A stretch of 32,000 bases of DNA, taken from contig NC_007681.1 in assembly GCF_000012545.1 (NCBI RefSeq), positions 1,320,001-1,352,000 of the forward strand, given 5' to 3'. This document shows, piece after piece, positions 1 to 9,320 of this stretch. Made by a program: the position numbers and the translations under genes. A model generated the notes under the pieces. The model saw only the letters and a program-made list of their open reading frames with translations. It had not been told where the DNA came from and made no database searches. The stretch is from Methanosphaera stadtmanae DSM 3091 (lineage in GTDB: Archaea; Methanobacteriota; Methanobacteria; Methanobacteriales; Methanobacteriaceae). The stretch's first letter is position 1, and each line of letters begins with the position of its first letter.

Positions 1-691
1 GTTCATACTCTGGAGGTAGTGGTAATTCTTGATTAATTATTTCACCATCTACTTCTAGTTGTATATTTATTGTGTGTGGTTTATTAATTACTGGTTCTTC
101 TTCATTTTTTAGGTTAATATTATCTGTAGTAGTTATTTTATTTTCTTGTTTCATCATATCATCCTCATTTTCAAGTTTTTTTAATTCTTGTAATAATTCT
201 TCATCAAATATTTCATCTTCAATAGCTAAATCACTTAATTTTTTAATATCTACTTCATTACCAAAGTCTTTTATAGTAAATGTCATTGGAGTTCCAAAGG
301 CATCATATGCTTGTATTGTAGCCTGAGAATATGGTCTACATATGATCATATGGAAATAACCATTTTTTCCAAAAAATGATAAATCTGCATTTGATGGTTG
401 ATTACTTGGTCCTGGATGACTATGTACTGATCCTACTGCATTAACTGTCATGGGCATCATAAATACTTGCATTACTGCACTTGTATCAGAAGCTTCAAAG
501 GGTAGAAAAATTAAACCAGTTATTTTTAAAATAGAATTTTCTATATCTCCAGAAAGTAGAGCTACAAATTCTTTTGGGTCTGCATTAATTGCTATTTTAA
601 TTATTTCTTCAACTACTTTCTCATCTATCCAAACTTCTTCAATCTTTTTATTATTACCTAATAATTTAGATAGTGTCTTGTTAAAATCCAT
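1..691 (-). CDS. JAB1/MPN/Mov34 (JAMM) metalloprotease-domain protein; C-terminal part runs off the left window edge
   Basis: Absent from the ORF track because it is open to the window edge. Manual minus-strand translation from the ATG (complement of 689-691) gives MDFNKTLSKLLGNNKKIEEVWIDEKVVEEIIKIAINADPKEFVALLSGD...AVGSVHSHPGPSNQPSNADLSFF... HSHPGPSNQPSNAD fits the JAMM zinc motif HxHx7Sx2D, with an upstream Glu. The frame stays open to position 2. An acidic low-complexity region follows the MPN domain. Confidence 0.75.
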   Translation of the reverse strand, partial: MDFNKTLSKLLGNNKKIEEVWIDEKVVEEIIKIAINADPKEFVALLSGDIENSILKITGLIFLPFEASDTSAVMQVFMMPMTVNAVGSVHSHPGPSNQPSNADLSFFGKNGYFHMIICRPYSQATIQAYDAFGTPMTFTIKDFGNEVDIKKLSDLAIEDEIFDEELLQELKKLENEDDMMKQENKITTTDNINLKNEEEPVINKPHTINIQLEVDGEIINQELPLPPEYE

Positions 692-738
692 ATTTGCCTC
701 CCTTTTTAAATAAAGTCTAAAAATATCTTATTCAACAT

Positions 739-1464
739 TTACTTGAATAAGGATATATTTTTATCTACATATACTTTATTTCTAAAGTATAAAGTTTTTT
801 TCTTTAATTTTGGATTATATCCTTCTTTTTCTTCTTTAATTTTATAGATTGCCACACCTCTTTTTTGCCATGTTGGTACGTGTGCAATATTTATTCCATG
901 ATTAAATAATAATTCATGAATATTGGATTTGTTGAGTTTATATAATATTTTAGCAGTTTTTTCAGGTTTATTTTCTTTATTTAATACGTATTGTGCATAT
1001 GAATTTAAACAATTACGCCAAGATTCATCTTGTCTCCATTTAAAATAGTTTTTAATATTTTTAGAAGTAATTATAATTCTTGAATCAAAAGATGCTGGTT
1101 TCAATGTAGTTATATCCACATCAAATTGATCTTTACTAATAAATAAGTGTTTCATAAATGAACTAGATACATATGAACATATAACTGAGTCAATCTTCTC
1201 AACACGTCCATTAAAGGGGATTTGTTCAAGAAGTATATTTATTTCATCAGAAAAAGTATAAATATATTTTGTATTAAATTCTCCTAAAACATCCTTTGAC
1301 ACTTCAATAAAAAGATTTCGTAAACGTTTATCAAAGGGTTTTTTTAAACCTAATTGTTTTGTATATTTAGAAAAAGAACGACCATCAATTCGTATTATAA
1401 TTGGTAAATCTGGAACTATTTTTAGTTGTGAGAATTGTTCATATTCCTTCAATAAAATCACCAT
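739..1464 (-). CDS. thg1: tRNA(His) guanylyltransferase, Thg1-like protein
   Basis: 241-aa ORF. IIIRIDGRSFSKYTK...KPFDKRL...YIYTFSDEINILL matches the Thg1 family core (RxDGRxF, SDE). Confidence 0.8.
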   Translation of the reverse strand: MVILLKEYEQFSQLKIVPDLPIIIRIDGRSFSKYTKQLGLKKPFDKRLRNLFIEVSKDVLGEFNTKYIYTFSDEINILLEQIPFNGRVEKIDSVICSYVSSSFMKHLFISKDQFDVDITTLKPASFDSRIIITSKNIKNYFKWRQDESWRNCLNSYAQYVLNKENKPEKTAKILYKLNKSNIHELLFNHGINIAHVPTWQKRGVAIYKIKEEKEGYNPKLKKKTLYFRNKVYVDKNISLFK

Positions 1465-1523
1465 AAGTGTTTAAAAAAAAGATTAAAGAAATGGTAAAAA
1501 CATTAACATTTGATTATAAAACA

Positions 1524-2294
1524 TTATGATCCTATTTGAATAGTTTTAGATAATTTATTTAATAAACATGCTGCTGAGAATGCAGCTAGCATACTTGTTT
1601 TAGGATTATCTGGACTACTTACATTAGCAGTTCTTGTTATTAATTCACCAAAAGATCCTTTAAGATGAATTTCATGTGTATTTTTGTCAATTTTTGGATC
1701 TGCTATTATTTTAACATCAACATCAATACCTGATGCTAAACTTAATGTTGAGGATACATTGATATTTTTTGGGAATTTGTTAACAGCCTCTGAAGCTTTT
1801 CCCTCAAATAATACTTTTTCTTCATTACCCTCCAAAGTCATACCTAATGAAACTGGTGGTTTTCTAGTAGTTAAAGATATTGATTCAATTTCACCCATAG
1901 TTGATGCTTTAACCGTATCTATTCCTGTAATTGCACCTGTTGGTAAATATATTTTAACATTAGATTCATCAGCCAAACGTTCTAAATGATTTTTAAATTC
2001 AGAATCCATTAGAGCTCCAACACTCATTATTATTACATTAACACCATTTTCTAATATTTTTGGAACTGAGTTACGTACTGCAGACTGTGCTGCTGCTTCT
2101 AATATTAAATCTGATCTTTCAATTAACTCTTCGATTGTATCAACTACTTCTGCATCAACCTTTTTTGCTAAATTAATCGCATTATTTCTGTTTATATCAT
2201 AGAAATATGATAGTTTAACATTTAATTTTCCATTTAGTTGAAAGTTTGTTAATGTATTTGCAATAGATCCACAACCCATAATACCTATTTTCAT
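1524..2294 (-). CDS. nadX: L-aspartate dehydrogenase (NAD biosynthesis)
   Basis: 256-aa ORF with an N-terminal Rossmann motif MKIGIMGCGSIA. IYLPTGAITGIDTVKA and the C-terminal THEIHLKG resemble the TM1643/NadX family. Confidence 0.8.
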   Translation of the reverse strand: MKIGIMGCGSIANTLTNFQLNGKLNVKLSYFYDINRNNAINLAKKVDAEVVDTIEELIERSDLILEAAAQSAVRNSVPKILENGVNVIIMSVGALMDSEFKNHLERLADESNVKIYLPTGAITGIDTVKASTMGEIESISLTTRKPPVSLGMTLEGNEEKVLFEGKASEAVNKFPKNINVSSTLSLASGIDVDVKIIADPKIDKNTHEIHLKGSFGELITRTANVSSPDNPKTSMLAAFSAACLLNKLSKTIQIGS

Positions 2295-2317
2295 TAAAAA
2301 ATTACTCCCTTATTAAT

Positions 2318-2710
2318 TTAATTTTTTTGCATAGGCTTAGTGATTGGGGATTTTTTACGTTGTGGTACTGCTTTTTTCTTTTGTTGAGCAGCTTGATATT
2401 GAACAAATTTTTCTTGATCTATTATTATAATATCACCTACTGCTGAAACTATTTCATATGGAATATCAATAATTCCTTCAGTTTTTACAGGACCTACTTC
2501 TTCATCAGGTACAAGTCTCATTGAGTTTCTTAAAACATCTCTTAAACCAACATTTTTATTGTCTTCTGTTAATGCTTTTGTTTTAAAAAAGGATATTCTA
2601 CCTTTTTTAATGTTTAATACCACTTCTGTTACTTTTCCTACGTATTTTCCTTCTGTATTATAAATATTTAAATTGTAAAATGTAGATAAATTTACCATTA
2701 TTTTCACCAA
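2318..2710 (-). CDS. PRC-barrel domain protein with a Lys-rich C-terminal tail
   Basis: 130-aa ORF. NIYNTEGKYVGKVTEVVLNIKKGRISFF ... IPYEIVSAVGDIIIID is a PRC-barrel-like pattern. The tail is AAQQKKKAVPQRKKSPITKPMQKN. The track start is TTG at 2710; an in-frame ATG at 2698 (MVNLSTF...) is an alternative start. Confidence 0.6.
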   Translation of the reverse strand: MVKIMVNLSTFYNLNIYNTEGKYVGKVTEVVLNIKKGRISFFKTKALTEDNKNVGLRDVLRNSMRLVPDEEVGPVKTEGIIDIPYEIVSAVGDIIIIDQEKFVQYQAAQQKKKAVPQRKKSPITKPMQKN

Positions 2711-2960
2711 ATGTTTTGTTTTAATGTATTAATGAGATATTCTTCTTTATTAGCAATAATGTAATATATTTCTTTTTTATTAATTATAAAAAAAGAATAA
2801 TTTTTGATGATTAAGTATATGTTTAGCATAATATATAAAAATAACCTTAAAATATGAAAATATTCTCCATTTAAAAGACTATATGTATGAAAACAATATA
2901 ATTAAAAAAAATGAAATATATATAATTATATTGAATTAATAAACAAAGATAGAAATTTGG

Positions 2961-3695
2961 GTGATTAAAATTTGGGATACAAGTAACGATTATAGATTAA
3001 AAGTAGCTGAAAAAGCAATAGAAGATTTTATTAGAGTAGTTGAAGGTTCTAATCTAAGAGGTTCATGGAATAAGAAGAAAGTTAGATTAATTGCTAAGGA
3101 TATGAATCCAGATATTCAAACATTATATTATTCATATATTTCTCCAGATCAACTTGCAAAAACACCACAGGTGAATAATCTTTTAAAGAGTGTTGATGAA
3201 ATTATTGAAAATCTTGGTGGAGAAAATTATTCTAAAAAATTTTTATCTGAATTAAATAGAGAAGAACGTGAAAAACTTGAATTACCCCTATCAAAGATGA
3301 AATTTTTCTTCAATACAATACGCGGACTTCCTGCTAGATTAATGCTTGGAGAAATTGATGATCCTATTATTGGTGTTGATATTCAAGTTGGTGAATTAGT
3401 AAGTGTTAGTAAACATCCAAAAACAGATACATTAATGGTTTGTAATGTAAATCTAGGTAAACGTGCAATTACTGTAATTACCAATGATTTATCTGTTAAA
3501 GATAATGATCATGTTGCTGTTTCTTTATTACCACCTAGTGCATTTATGGGAATTAGTAGTGAAGGTATGTTTTTAGGGGCTGGAGAAGGTATTTTAAAAG
3601 ATGTTGAGGGAGAATTAGGTAGTCTACCACAACATATCGACGTTGCTGCACTTAATGAAACAAGAAATCTTGTAGACCAGTATCTTAAAGATTAA
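2961..3695 (+). CDS. RNA-binding protein with a C-terminal EMAP-II/Trbp111-type tRNA-binding OB domain
   Basis: GTG start. The C-terminal [32 protein letters not shown]...[11 protein letters not shown] resembles the tRNA-binding domain of the MetRS C-terminus/Trbp111. The N-terminal ~130 aa are unrecognised. Confidence 0.6.
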   Translation: MIKIWDTSNDYRLKVAEKAIEDFIRVVEGSNLRGSWNKKKVRLIAKDMNPDIQTLYYSYISPDQLAKTPQVNNLLKSVDEIIENLGGENYSKKFLSELNREEREKLELPLSKMKFFFNTIRGLPARLMLGEIDDPIIGVDIQVGELVSVSKHPKTDTLMVCNVNLGKRAITVITNDLSVKDNDHVAVSLLPPSAFMGISSEGMFLGAGEGILKDVEGELGSLPQHIDVAALNETRNLVDQYLKD

Positions 3696-3712
3696 TCTCC
3701 CAAACCTTTTTT

Positions 3713-3913
3713 TTATAAATTACTAATTTTTTTATCTAAATTATCTAATTTTGTTTTTATGTCATTTATTTCATTATTTTTAATTTCAGTATCAAATTGT
3801 TGTAGATACTTTTGATAGATATTCATAGCTAAAATAACTACAATCAATATACCTGCAAATAAAAGTATTAATTCAACAGAAGCTTGTCCTAACCTATCTT
3901 CATATATGTTCAT
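3713..3913 (-). CDS. Archaeal type IV pilin-like protein (class III signal peptide), Flp-sized
   Basis: 66 aa, MNIYEDRLG|QASVELILLFAGILIVVILAMNIY... It has a short charged leader ending in G, Gln at +1 and Glu at +5, then a ~20-aa hydrophobic helix, as in methanogen EpdE-type pilins. A strong SD (complement of 3918-3923 = AGGTGG) overlaps the stop of the upstream platform gene. Confidence 0.6.
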   Translation of the reverse strand: MNIYEDRLGQASVELILLFAGILIVVILAMNIYQKYLQQFDTEIKNNEINDIKTKLDNLDKKISNL

Positions 3914-3921
3914 AAAACCAC

Positions 3922-4845
3922 CTATAGTCCTATAATAGTAGTGAATATCATTCTTGAAACAAAATATACAATAAGTGATGAGGGTAGTAGTATAATTAAA
4001 TATTTAACTCCTTTTTTATAGTTAGAATATAATACTACTCCCAATAAGAAGCTTACAAGTATTGACTGAATAGTTATATACCCAAAACTTGCAAGTGGAA
4101 TAGTATTTATTAGTGGATTATTTTTTCCAATTTTTTCTATAAATTCTGAATAAAGACCAATCATTCCTAATGCAAATGGTGTTGCTATAGTTGATGAGAT
4201 TATTATTAACATTACAGACATCATGACACTTGCTCTTCGTTGCTTTTTTAATAAGATAATCTCCTTTAAATCATGTGATATATCCTCCAATACTTCTGCC
4301 AAATTTCCTCCTGATTCCCTTGTATGAATAATTATTTGAAAAATATATCTTAGATTATCTAAATCATTTCTATTAGCAATATCCATTAATGATTCATTAA
4401 ATGGTTTTTTAAATTGTGTTTCTATTAAAAGTTGTTTGATTTCATTATTCAACGGTCCTTTACTTGTTTTTGATAGTTCTTCTAATGCTGATTCAAATCC
4501 AAGCCCAACATTCAACAGAGAAGCTATTTGATTAAGATAATCTGGTAGTTGTTCTTCAATATTTTCTTTTCTATGTTCTCTGTTGTATGAAATATATATT
4601 ATCATAATAACTGAAGGTAAAAATAAAAATAGAACAGATATTATTATGGGCCATTTAATTACACTAAGTAGTATTAAACTTATAATAAATAGAAAAAGAC
4701 TTAATAATAATATTATTGCAATTAAATCCTCAGCACGTATATAAATACTTGTATTTACAAGAATTTTTTGTAGTTTAAATAAAAAATCTTGAGAAATATT
4801 TCTTTTTATATAATTACTTATTAATTTAAATATTTGAATATACAT
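3922..4845 (-). CDS. Type II secretion system F-domain platform protein (TadB/TadC / EpdJ/K-like, single T2SSF domain)
   Basis: 307 aa. N-terminal TM helices are followed by a cytoplasmic block LPDYLNQIASLLNVGLGFESALEEL...GGNLAEVLEDIS and C-terminal TM helices. This is the T2SSF/FlaJ-TadC pattern. Confidence 0.75.
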   Translation of the reverse strand: MYIQIFKLISNYIKRNISQDFLFKLQKILVNTSIYIRAEDLIAIILLLSLFLFIISLILLSVIKWPIIISVLFLFLPSVIMIIYISYNREHRKENIEEQLPDYLNQIASLLNVGLGFESALEELSKTSKGPLNNEIKQLLIETQFKKPFNESLMDIANRNDLDNLRYIFQIIIHTRESGGNLAEVLEDISHDLKEIILLKKQRRASVMMSVMLIIISSTIATPFALGMIGLYSEFIEKIGKNNPLINTIPLASFGYITIQSILVSFLLGVVLYSNYKKGVKYLIILLPSSLIVYFVSRMIFTTIIGL

Positions 4846-4921
4846 AAAATTATTACTTTTATATATAATAATATGATTTTAAATAATATATAAAAATTGT
4901 TTTAAAAAAAGAATAAAAAAA

Positions 4922-5938
4922 TTAAAGAGTAAAATCTAATTTCTTATCTAAACTTGTTAAAACTTCACTATTCTTTTTAACAAGAACATCATCCTCAATA
5001 CGTACACCAAATTCTCCAGGAATATAAATACCTGGTTCTGCTGTAATAACCATGTTTTCTTCTAAAACACCCTCAGATTTTGATGAAATATTTGGATTTT
5101 CATGAATATCTAAACCAAAAGCATGACCAGTACTATGTATAAAATACTCACCATAACCATACTCACTTATAACATCCCTTGCTGCTTTATCAACATCAGC
5201 AAATTTAACACCTGGACTTATTGTTTTAATAGCTTCTTTTTGAGCTTCAAGAACTATGTTCCAAATCTCTTCTTGACGTTCAGAATCAATAAAAGTCCTT
5301 GTTATATCAGAACAATAATGATCATATCTTGCACCCCAATCAACCACAATAGGAGTTTCAACACGATTCATTGAAGTTTCAGAATGGGGAGAACTGGAAC
5401 GAGACCCACTAGCTACTATTGTATCAAATGCTGGTTTATTAGATCCATTAATTGTCATGTCAAATTCTAAAGATGCAGCAGCAAATTTTTCAGTACTTGT
5501 AAAATCAATCTCTTTAATAGCATTTTCTGCTATTCCAATGGAATTTCTTATTTTTGTTATTTCCTCTTTAGTTTTAGTTTTTCGCATATCTTCAATTACA
5601 TTAGATACACTTAATTTATTATAATCATCAGATAAAAATTGTAAAAATTCAAAGTCAAGAGATTTTTCAATGGCTATTTTTCCATTTAATAACTCATTTA
5701 CTTTACCTAGACGTTCAATATCCCTTACTTCAATTGAAGATTCCCTTTGAGCATCAACCTTATCAATACTATTTACATATAATATTGGTTCTTTATTTAT
5801 AATTAAATATGCAAAACTTGATGGATAAAAATCAGAAATATATTTTATATTTTCTGGTTTATATACAAACATAGAATCAATATTTTCTTCTTGCAATTGA
5901 TTTAATATTTCCTCATTTTTCAAATAAAATTCCTCCAC
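4922..5938 (-). CDS. pepQ: Xaa-Pro aminopeptidase/dipeptidase, peptidase M24 family
   Basis: 338 aa. VVDWGARYDHYCSDITRT, HSTGHAFGLDIHE and EPGIYIPGEFGVRIEDDV are the M24B metal-ligand motifs. Confidence 0.85.
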   Translation of the reverse strand: MEEFYLKNEEILNQLQEENIDSMFVYKPENIKYISDFYPSSFAYLIINKEPILYVNSIDKVDAQRESSIEVRDIERLGKVNELLNGKIAIEKSLDFEFLQFLSDDYNKLSVSNVIEDMRKTKTKEEITKIRNSIGIAENAIKEIDFTSTEKFAAASLEFDMTINGSNKPAFDTIVASGSRSSSPHSETSMNRVETPIVVDWGARYDHYCSDITRTFIDSERQEEIWNIVLEAQKEAIKTISPGVKFADVDKAARDVISEYGYGEYFIHSTGHAFGLDIHENPNISSKSEGVLEENMVITAEPGIYIPGEFGVRIEDDVLVKKNSEVLTSLDKKLDFTL

Positions 5939-6068
5939 TGGTTCTTATAATCTATTATGAAAATTAAATTTTTTTACTATATCATATTATATATTAGAAA
6001 CATTATATAAAGTAGAATAATAAATAATTATAATACTAATATAAAATAAAAACAGTTGGAGGATTAGA

Positions 6069-6692
6069 ATGCTTCAATTTTCAAAAACAGAAACTAAAGA
6101 TTTGAGTATAGCTATTATAGTAATAACATTATTATTTGCATATTTATACAGTAATGGTACATTTGGAATGATGATATATTTGATTCCTATTTCACTAGTT
6201 ACTATTGGACTTAGTTTTATATTACATGAACTTGGACATAAATATGTAGCACAAAAATATGGATTTTTTGCTGAATTTAGAAAATGGAATACAGGACTAC
6301 TCATAGCAATAATAACAGGTTTATTTGGATTTATATTCCTAGCACCTGGTGCAGTATATATTGGTTCATATACAGGAATAATTACAGATGAAGAAAATGG
6401 AAAAATTTCAATAGCAGGACCAATAGTAAATATAATTCTTGCAGTGATATTCTTATTAATTGAAATTAGTTTAAAACCATTTTTCTTATTATCATCACCC
6501 CTATCCACATATTTAATGATAACAGCAATGATAGGATTCCATATTAACAGTTTCCTTGCATTATTTAACTTATTACCTATACCTATGTTAGATGGTTCTA
6601 AAGTTATGAAATGGAATCTTCCATTATGGATTGTAAGTATAGTGGTTGCAGGCCTATTAACATATGCTTCCTACTCATCCATATTATTATAG
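6069..6692 (+). CDS. Membrane metalloprotease, peptidase M50 (site-2 protease) family
   Basis: 207 aa and polytopic. HELGH (ILHELGHKY) and NLLPIPMLDGSKV (NxxPxxxLDG) are M50 hallmarks. Confidence 0.8.
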   Translation: MLQFSKTETKDLSIAIIVITLLFAYLYSNGTFGMMIYLIPISLVTIGLSFILHELGHKYVAQKYGFFAEFRKWNTGLLIAIITGLFGFIFLAPGAVYIGSYTGIITDEENGKISIAGPIVNIILAVIFLLIEISLKPFFLLSSPLSTYLMITAMIGFHINSFLALFNLLPIPMLDGSKVMKWNLPLWIVSIVVAGLLTYASYSSILL

Positions 6693-6905
6693 TAACCTAA
6701 AAAAATAGTTTTTACTATAAACTATACTTCTTATTTTTTTCAAGATATTAATTTCTAATTATCAACTACATGATTCCATTTAAATATATTTTCTACTAAT
6801 TAAAACAAAAGATTATAAAATCCATAAAATAATAAAAAACAAAAAATACATAACTATATCTTAATAACTAATTTAAGATAAAAAAAAAGATAATAATTGA
6901 TAAAT

Positions 6906-8096
6906 ATGTTAAATGAATCTCCTATTACTTATAAAACATCAACACATAGAACAAGTTCTCCTGAAAAAACCTTGGAAAAAATATCTAAAATAACTACAGA
7001 TATTGGTCTAACAAGAACTTCAAATATAACACATTTAGATAGAATAAAAATACCTGTTTTTACATCTGTAAGGCCACTTGCCAAAGAAGGTGCTGTTAGT
7101 GTTTATGCTGGAAAGGGTCCCACAGAGATACATGCAAAGGTTTCATCCATTATGGAAGCAGTTGAAAGATATTCTGCGGAAATACAAGGAACTGAAAACA
7201 CAATACTAGAAAAATATAATCCAGAAAACTGTCTTAATCCTGAAAGTCTAATTTTACCAAGAAATTCCTATAATGATAATGCATTAGAATGGATTAAGGG
7301 ATATTCTATTAAAACTTCACGTGAAATATACATACCTGCTAATGTAGTATTCCATCCATATACAACAGAAGATGTTCATCATATATGTTTATCAAATACT
7401 AATGGTTTGGCATCAGGAAATACAATAGAAGAAGCAATATTTCATGGAATGATGGAAGTAGTTGAAAGAGATGCATGGAGTTTATTTGAAGCATTTAAAG
7501 AGAATAAACCTGAAATTAATTGTAAAAATGCAACTAATGAATATGTATGTGAATTAATAGAAAAATTTAGAAATGCTAATGTATATATTAAATTACTTGA
7601 CTTGACAAGTGACAATGATATTCCTACAATAGGTGCTGTATCTGAAGATTTAACTCTTAAAGATCCTGCATTACTTACACTTGGTATTGGAACACATCTT
7701 GATGCAAATATTGCAGCCATACGTGCTATTACAGAAGTTGCTCAAAGTAGAGCAACCCAAATACATGGAACTCGTGAAGATACTACCAGAGCAAATCTCT
7801 TAAGAGATACAGGTTATGATAGAATGAAACGTATAAATAGACATTGGTTTAGAAAATCAGATGAAACTATAAATATTGAAGACATACCTGATAAATCAAA
7901 AAATTCATTTAAGGAAGATATTGAATTAACAATGAAACTTCTTGAAAAAACTGGAATAAAAGATGCTTATTATGTTGATTTAACACGAGATATAAATATA
8001 CCAGTTGTACGTGTAATAATACCAGGTATGGAGTTATTTAGTGTTGATTCATCACGTGTGGGTAATAGACTAAAACCTAAGGACTTAATAATATAG
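6906..8096 (+). CDS. ycaO: YcaO-type ATP-dependent amide-activating enzyme (methanogenesis marker protein 1; McrA thioglycine formation)
   Basis: NITHLDRIKIPVFTSVRP, SVYAGKGPT, EAVERYSA, NGLASGNTIEEAI.HGMMEVVERDA and a Pro-rich C-terminal region are YcaO-domain patterns. The track ORF starts at TTG 6897; the in-frame ATG at 6906 (MLNESP...) is preferred here. Confidence 0.8.
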   Translation: MLNESPITYKTSTHRTSSPEKTLEKISKITTDIGLTRTSNITHLDRIKIPVFTSVRPLAKEGAVSVYAGKGPTEIHAKVSSIMEAVERYSAEIQGTENTILEKYNPENCLNPESLILPRNSYNDNALEWIKGYSIKTSREIYIPANVVFHPYTTEDVHHICLSNTNGLASGNTIEEAIFHGMMEVVERDAWSLFEAFKENKPEINCKNATNEYVCELIEKFRNANVYIKLLDLTSDNDIPTIGAVSEDLTLKDPALLTLGIGTHLDANIAAIRAITEVAQSRATQIHGTREDTTRANLLRDTGYDRMKRINRHWFRKSDETINIEDIPDKSKNSFKEDIELTMKLLEKTGIKDAYYVDLTRDINIPVVRVIIPGMELFSVDSSRVGNRLKPKDLII

Positions 8097-8106
8097 GAAG
8101 GATTAG

Positions 8107-8445
8107 ATGAAACAAGTTATAATTATGAGAACAGATCTTAAAATGGGAAAAGGAAAAATTGCTGCCCAAGCATGTCATGCTAGTTTAAATTGTTATAAGA
8201 ATGCCGATAAATCAAGACTCAGAGCATGGGAACTTAGTGGACAGAAAAAGGTTGTTCTTAAAGTATCTTCTGAGAAAGAATTATTAGAACTTAATAGCAT
8301 TGTAAAAGAGACTGATCTTCCACATTCATTAATTACTGATGCTGGTCATACACAGATTGAACCTTCTACAAGAACTTGTTTAGGAATTGGTCCAGGGTCT
8401 GATGAAGAGATTGACAAGTTAACTGGTCATCTAAAATTATTATAG
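8107..8445 (+). CDS. pth2: Peptidyl-tRNA hydrolase, archaeal type
   Basis: 112 aa. [20 protein letters not shown]...[18 protein letters not shown] is the Pth2 family signature. An SD (GGAAGGA) lies upstream. Confidence 0.9.
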   Translation: MKQVIIMRTDLKMGKGKIAAQACHASLNCYKNADKSRLRAWELSGQKKVVLKVSSEKELLELNSIVKETDLPHSLITDAGHTQIEPSTRTCLGIGPGSDEEIDKLTGHLKLL

Positions 8446-8455
8446 AAGGTATGTT

Positions 8456-9115
8456 ATGGTAACTGTTGTTAAAATAGGTGGAAGTTTATTTCCAGAGCAT
8501 GTTAATAGGTTATGTGAATGTTTTAAAAAATCTAAGGAAAAAATTGTTTTAATTAATGGTGGTGGCGACTTAGCAAATATTTTAAGAGAATATCATGAAG
8601 AATATAACTATTCTAATAATGTTAATCATTGGACTGCAATAGAATGTATGAATATTATTGGAAAATTAATTGCTGATAAAAATAGGAATATTACTTTAAT
8701 TAAAAAGTTAGATGAAATTGTATTAGTTCATAAAACAGATAAAATCCCATTATTATTAACATACGACCTATTAAAAGAAGAAGATCCATTAGATCATTCA
8801 TGGAATGTTACTAGTGATTCTATAGCATGTTGGGTTGCAAGTAAAATAAATGCTAAACTATTAATATTAACAAATGTAGATGGTATATATAGCGGTAACA
8901 TTTTCTCAAATAACAAAAAACTTATTAAAAAAGTAAATGCAAATGAACTATTATTTTTTGAAGAAACTTCTGTAGATAAATGTTTACCAAAATTACTAAT
9001 TAAATATCATTTAAACTGTTATGTAATAAATGGCAAATATCCTGATAGGGTGCTAGCTCATTTAAACAGTGACCATACAATGAATAATGTTTATACATAT
9101 ATAGGAGGAAAATAA
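8456..9115 (+). CDS. mfnE: Amino-acid-kinase-fold archaeal kinase, MfnE-like (methanofuran biosynthesis)
   Basis: 219 aa. VVKIGGSLF...[14 protein letters not shown]...[10 protein letters not shown] fits the short archaeal AAK-family kinases (COG2054/MfnE type) rather than the longer isopentenyl-phosphate kinase. The specific function is assigned from memory. Confidence 0.55.
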   Translation: MVTVVKIGGSLFPEHVNRLCECFKKSKEKIVLINGGGDLANILREYHEEYNYSNNVNHWTAIECMNIIGKLIADKNRNITLIKKLDEIVLVHKTDKIPLLLTYDLLKEEDPLDHSWNVTSDSIACWVASKINAKLLILTNVDGIYSGNIFSNNKKLIKKVNANELLFFEETSVDKCLPKLLIKYHLNCYVINGKYPDRVLAHLNSDHTMNNVYTYIGGK

Positions 9116-9116
9116 T

Positions 9117-9281
9117 ATGGCAGAAAAAATGATTTGTACTTCTTGTAAACAAGAAATATCACCAATAGATAAATATGTAAAATTCCATTGTCCTGAATGT
9201 GATGCAGAAATTTACAGATGTCCTAAATGCAGAACTTTTGGACATGAATACACATGTGAATGTGGATTTAAAGGACCTTAA
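9117..9281 (+). CDS. Small Zn-ribbon protein (COG2888-like, translation-associated)
   Basis: Absent from the ORF track because it is 54 aa. Sequence: [54 protein letters not shown]. It contains four CxxC/CxC pairs. The ATG lies 1 nt after the preceding stop and is preceded by TAGGAGG. It sits directly upstream of EF-1beta, a conserved archaeal neighbourhood. Confidence 0.7.
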   Translation: MAEKMICTSCKQEISPIDKYVKFHCPECDAEIYRCPKCRTFGHEYTCECGFKGP

Positions 9282-9320
9282 ATAATTCAAAATTAAATAA
9301 AATCTTAAGGAGAAATATTA

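Noticed and set aside
72-713. Plus-strand track ORFs 72-326 and 450-713.
   Set aside because: Their products are low-complexity, Ser/Phe/Ile-rich translations. They lie antisense to a minus-strand frame that encodes a clean JAMM/MPN domain, so they are shadow ORFs of AT-rich coding DNA.
2805-2810. A possible C/D-box sRNA: a UGAUGA C-box-like hexamer in the 2711-2960 divergent intergenic region.
   Set aside because: No CUGA D box lies within the following ~90 nt, and there are no terminal complementary stems. A single hexamer is expected by chance.
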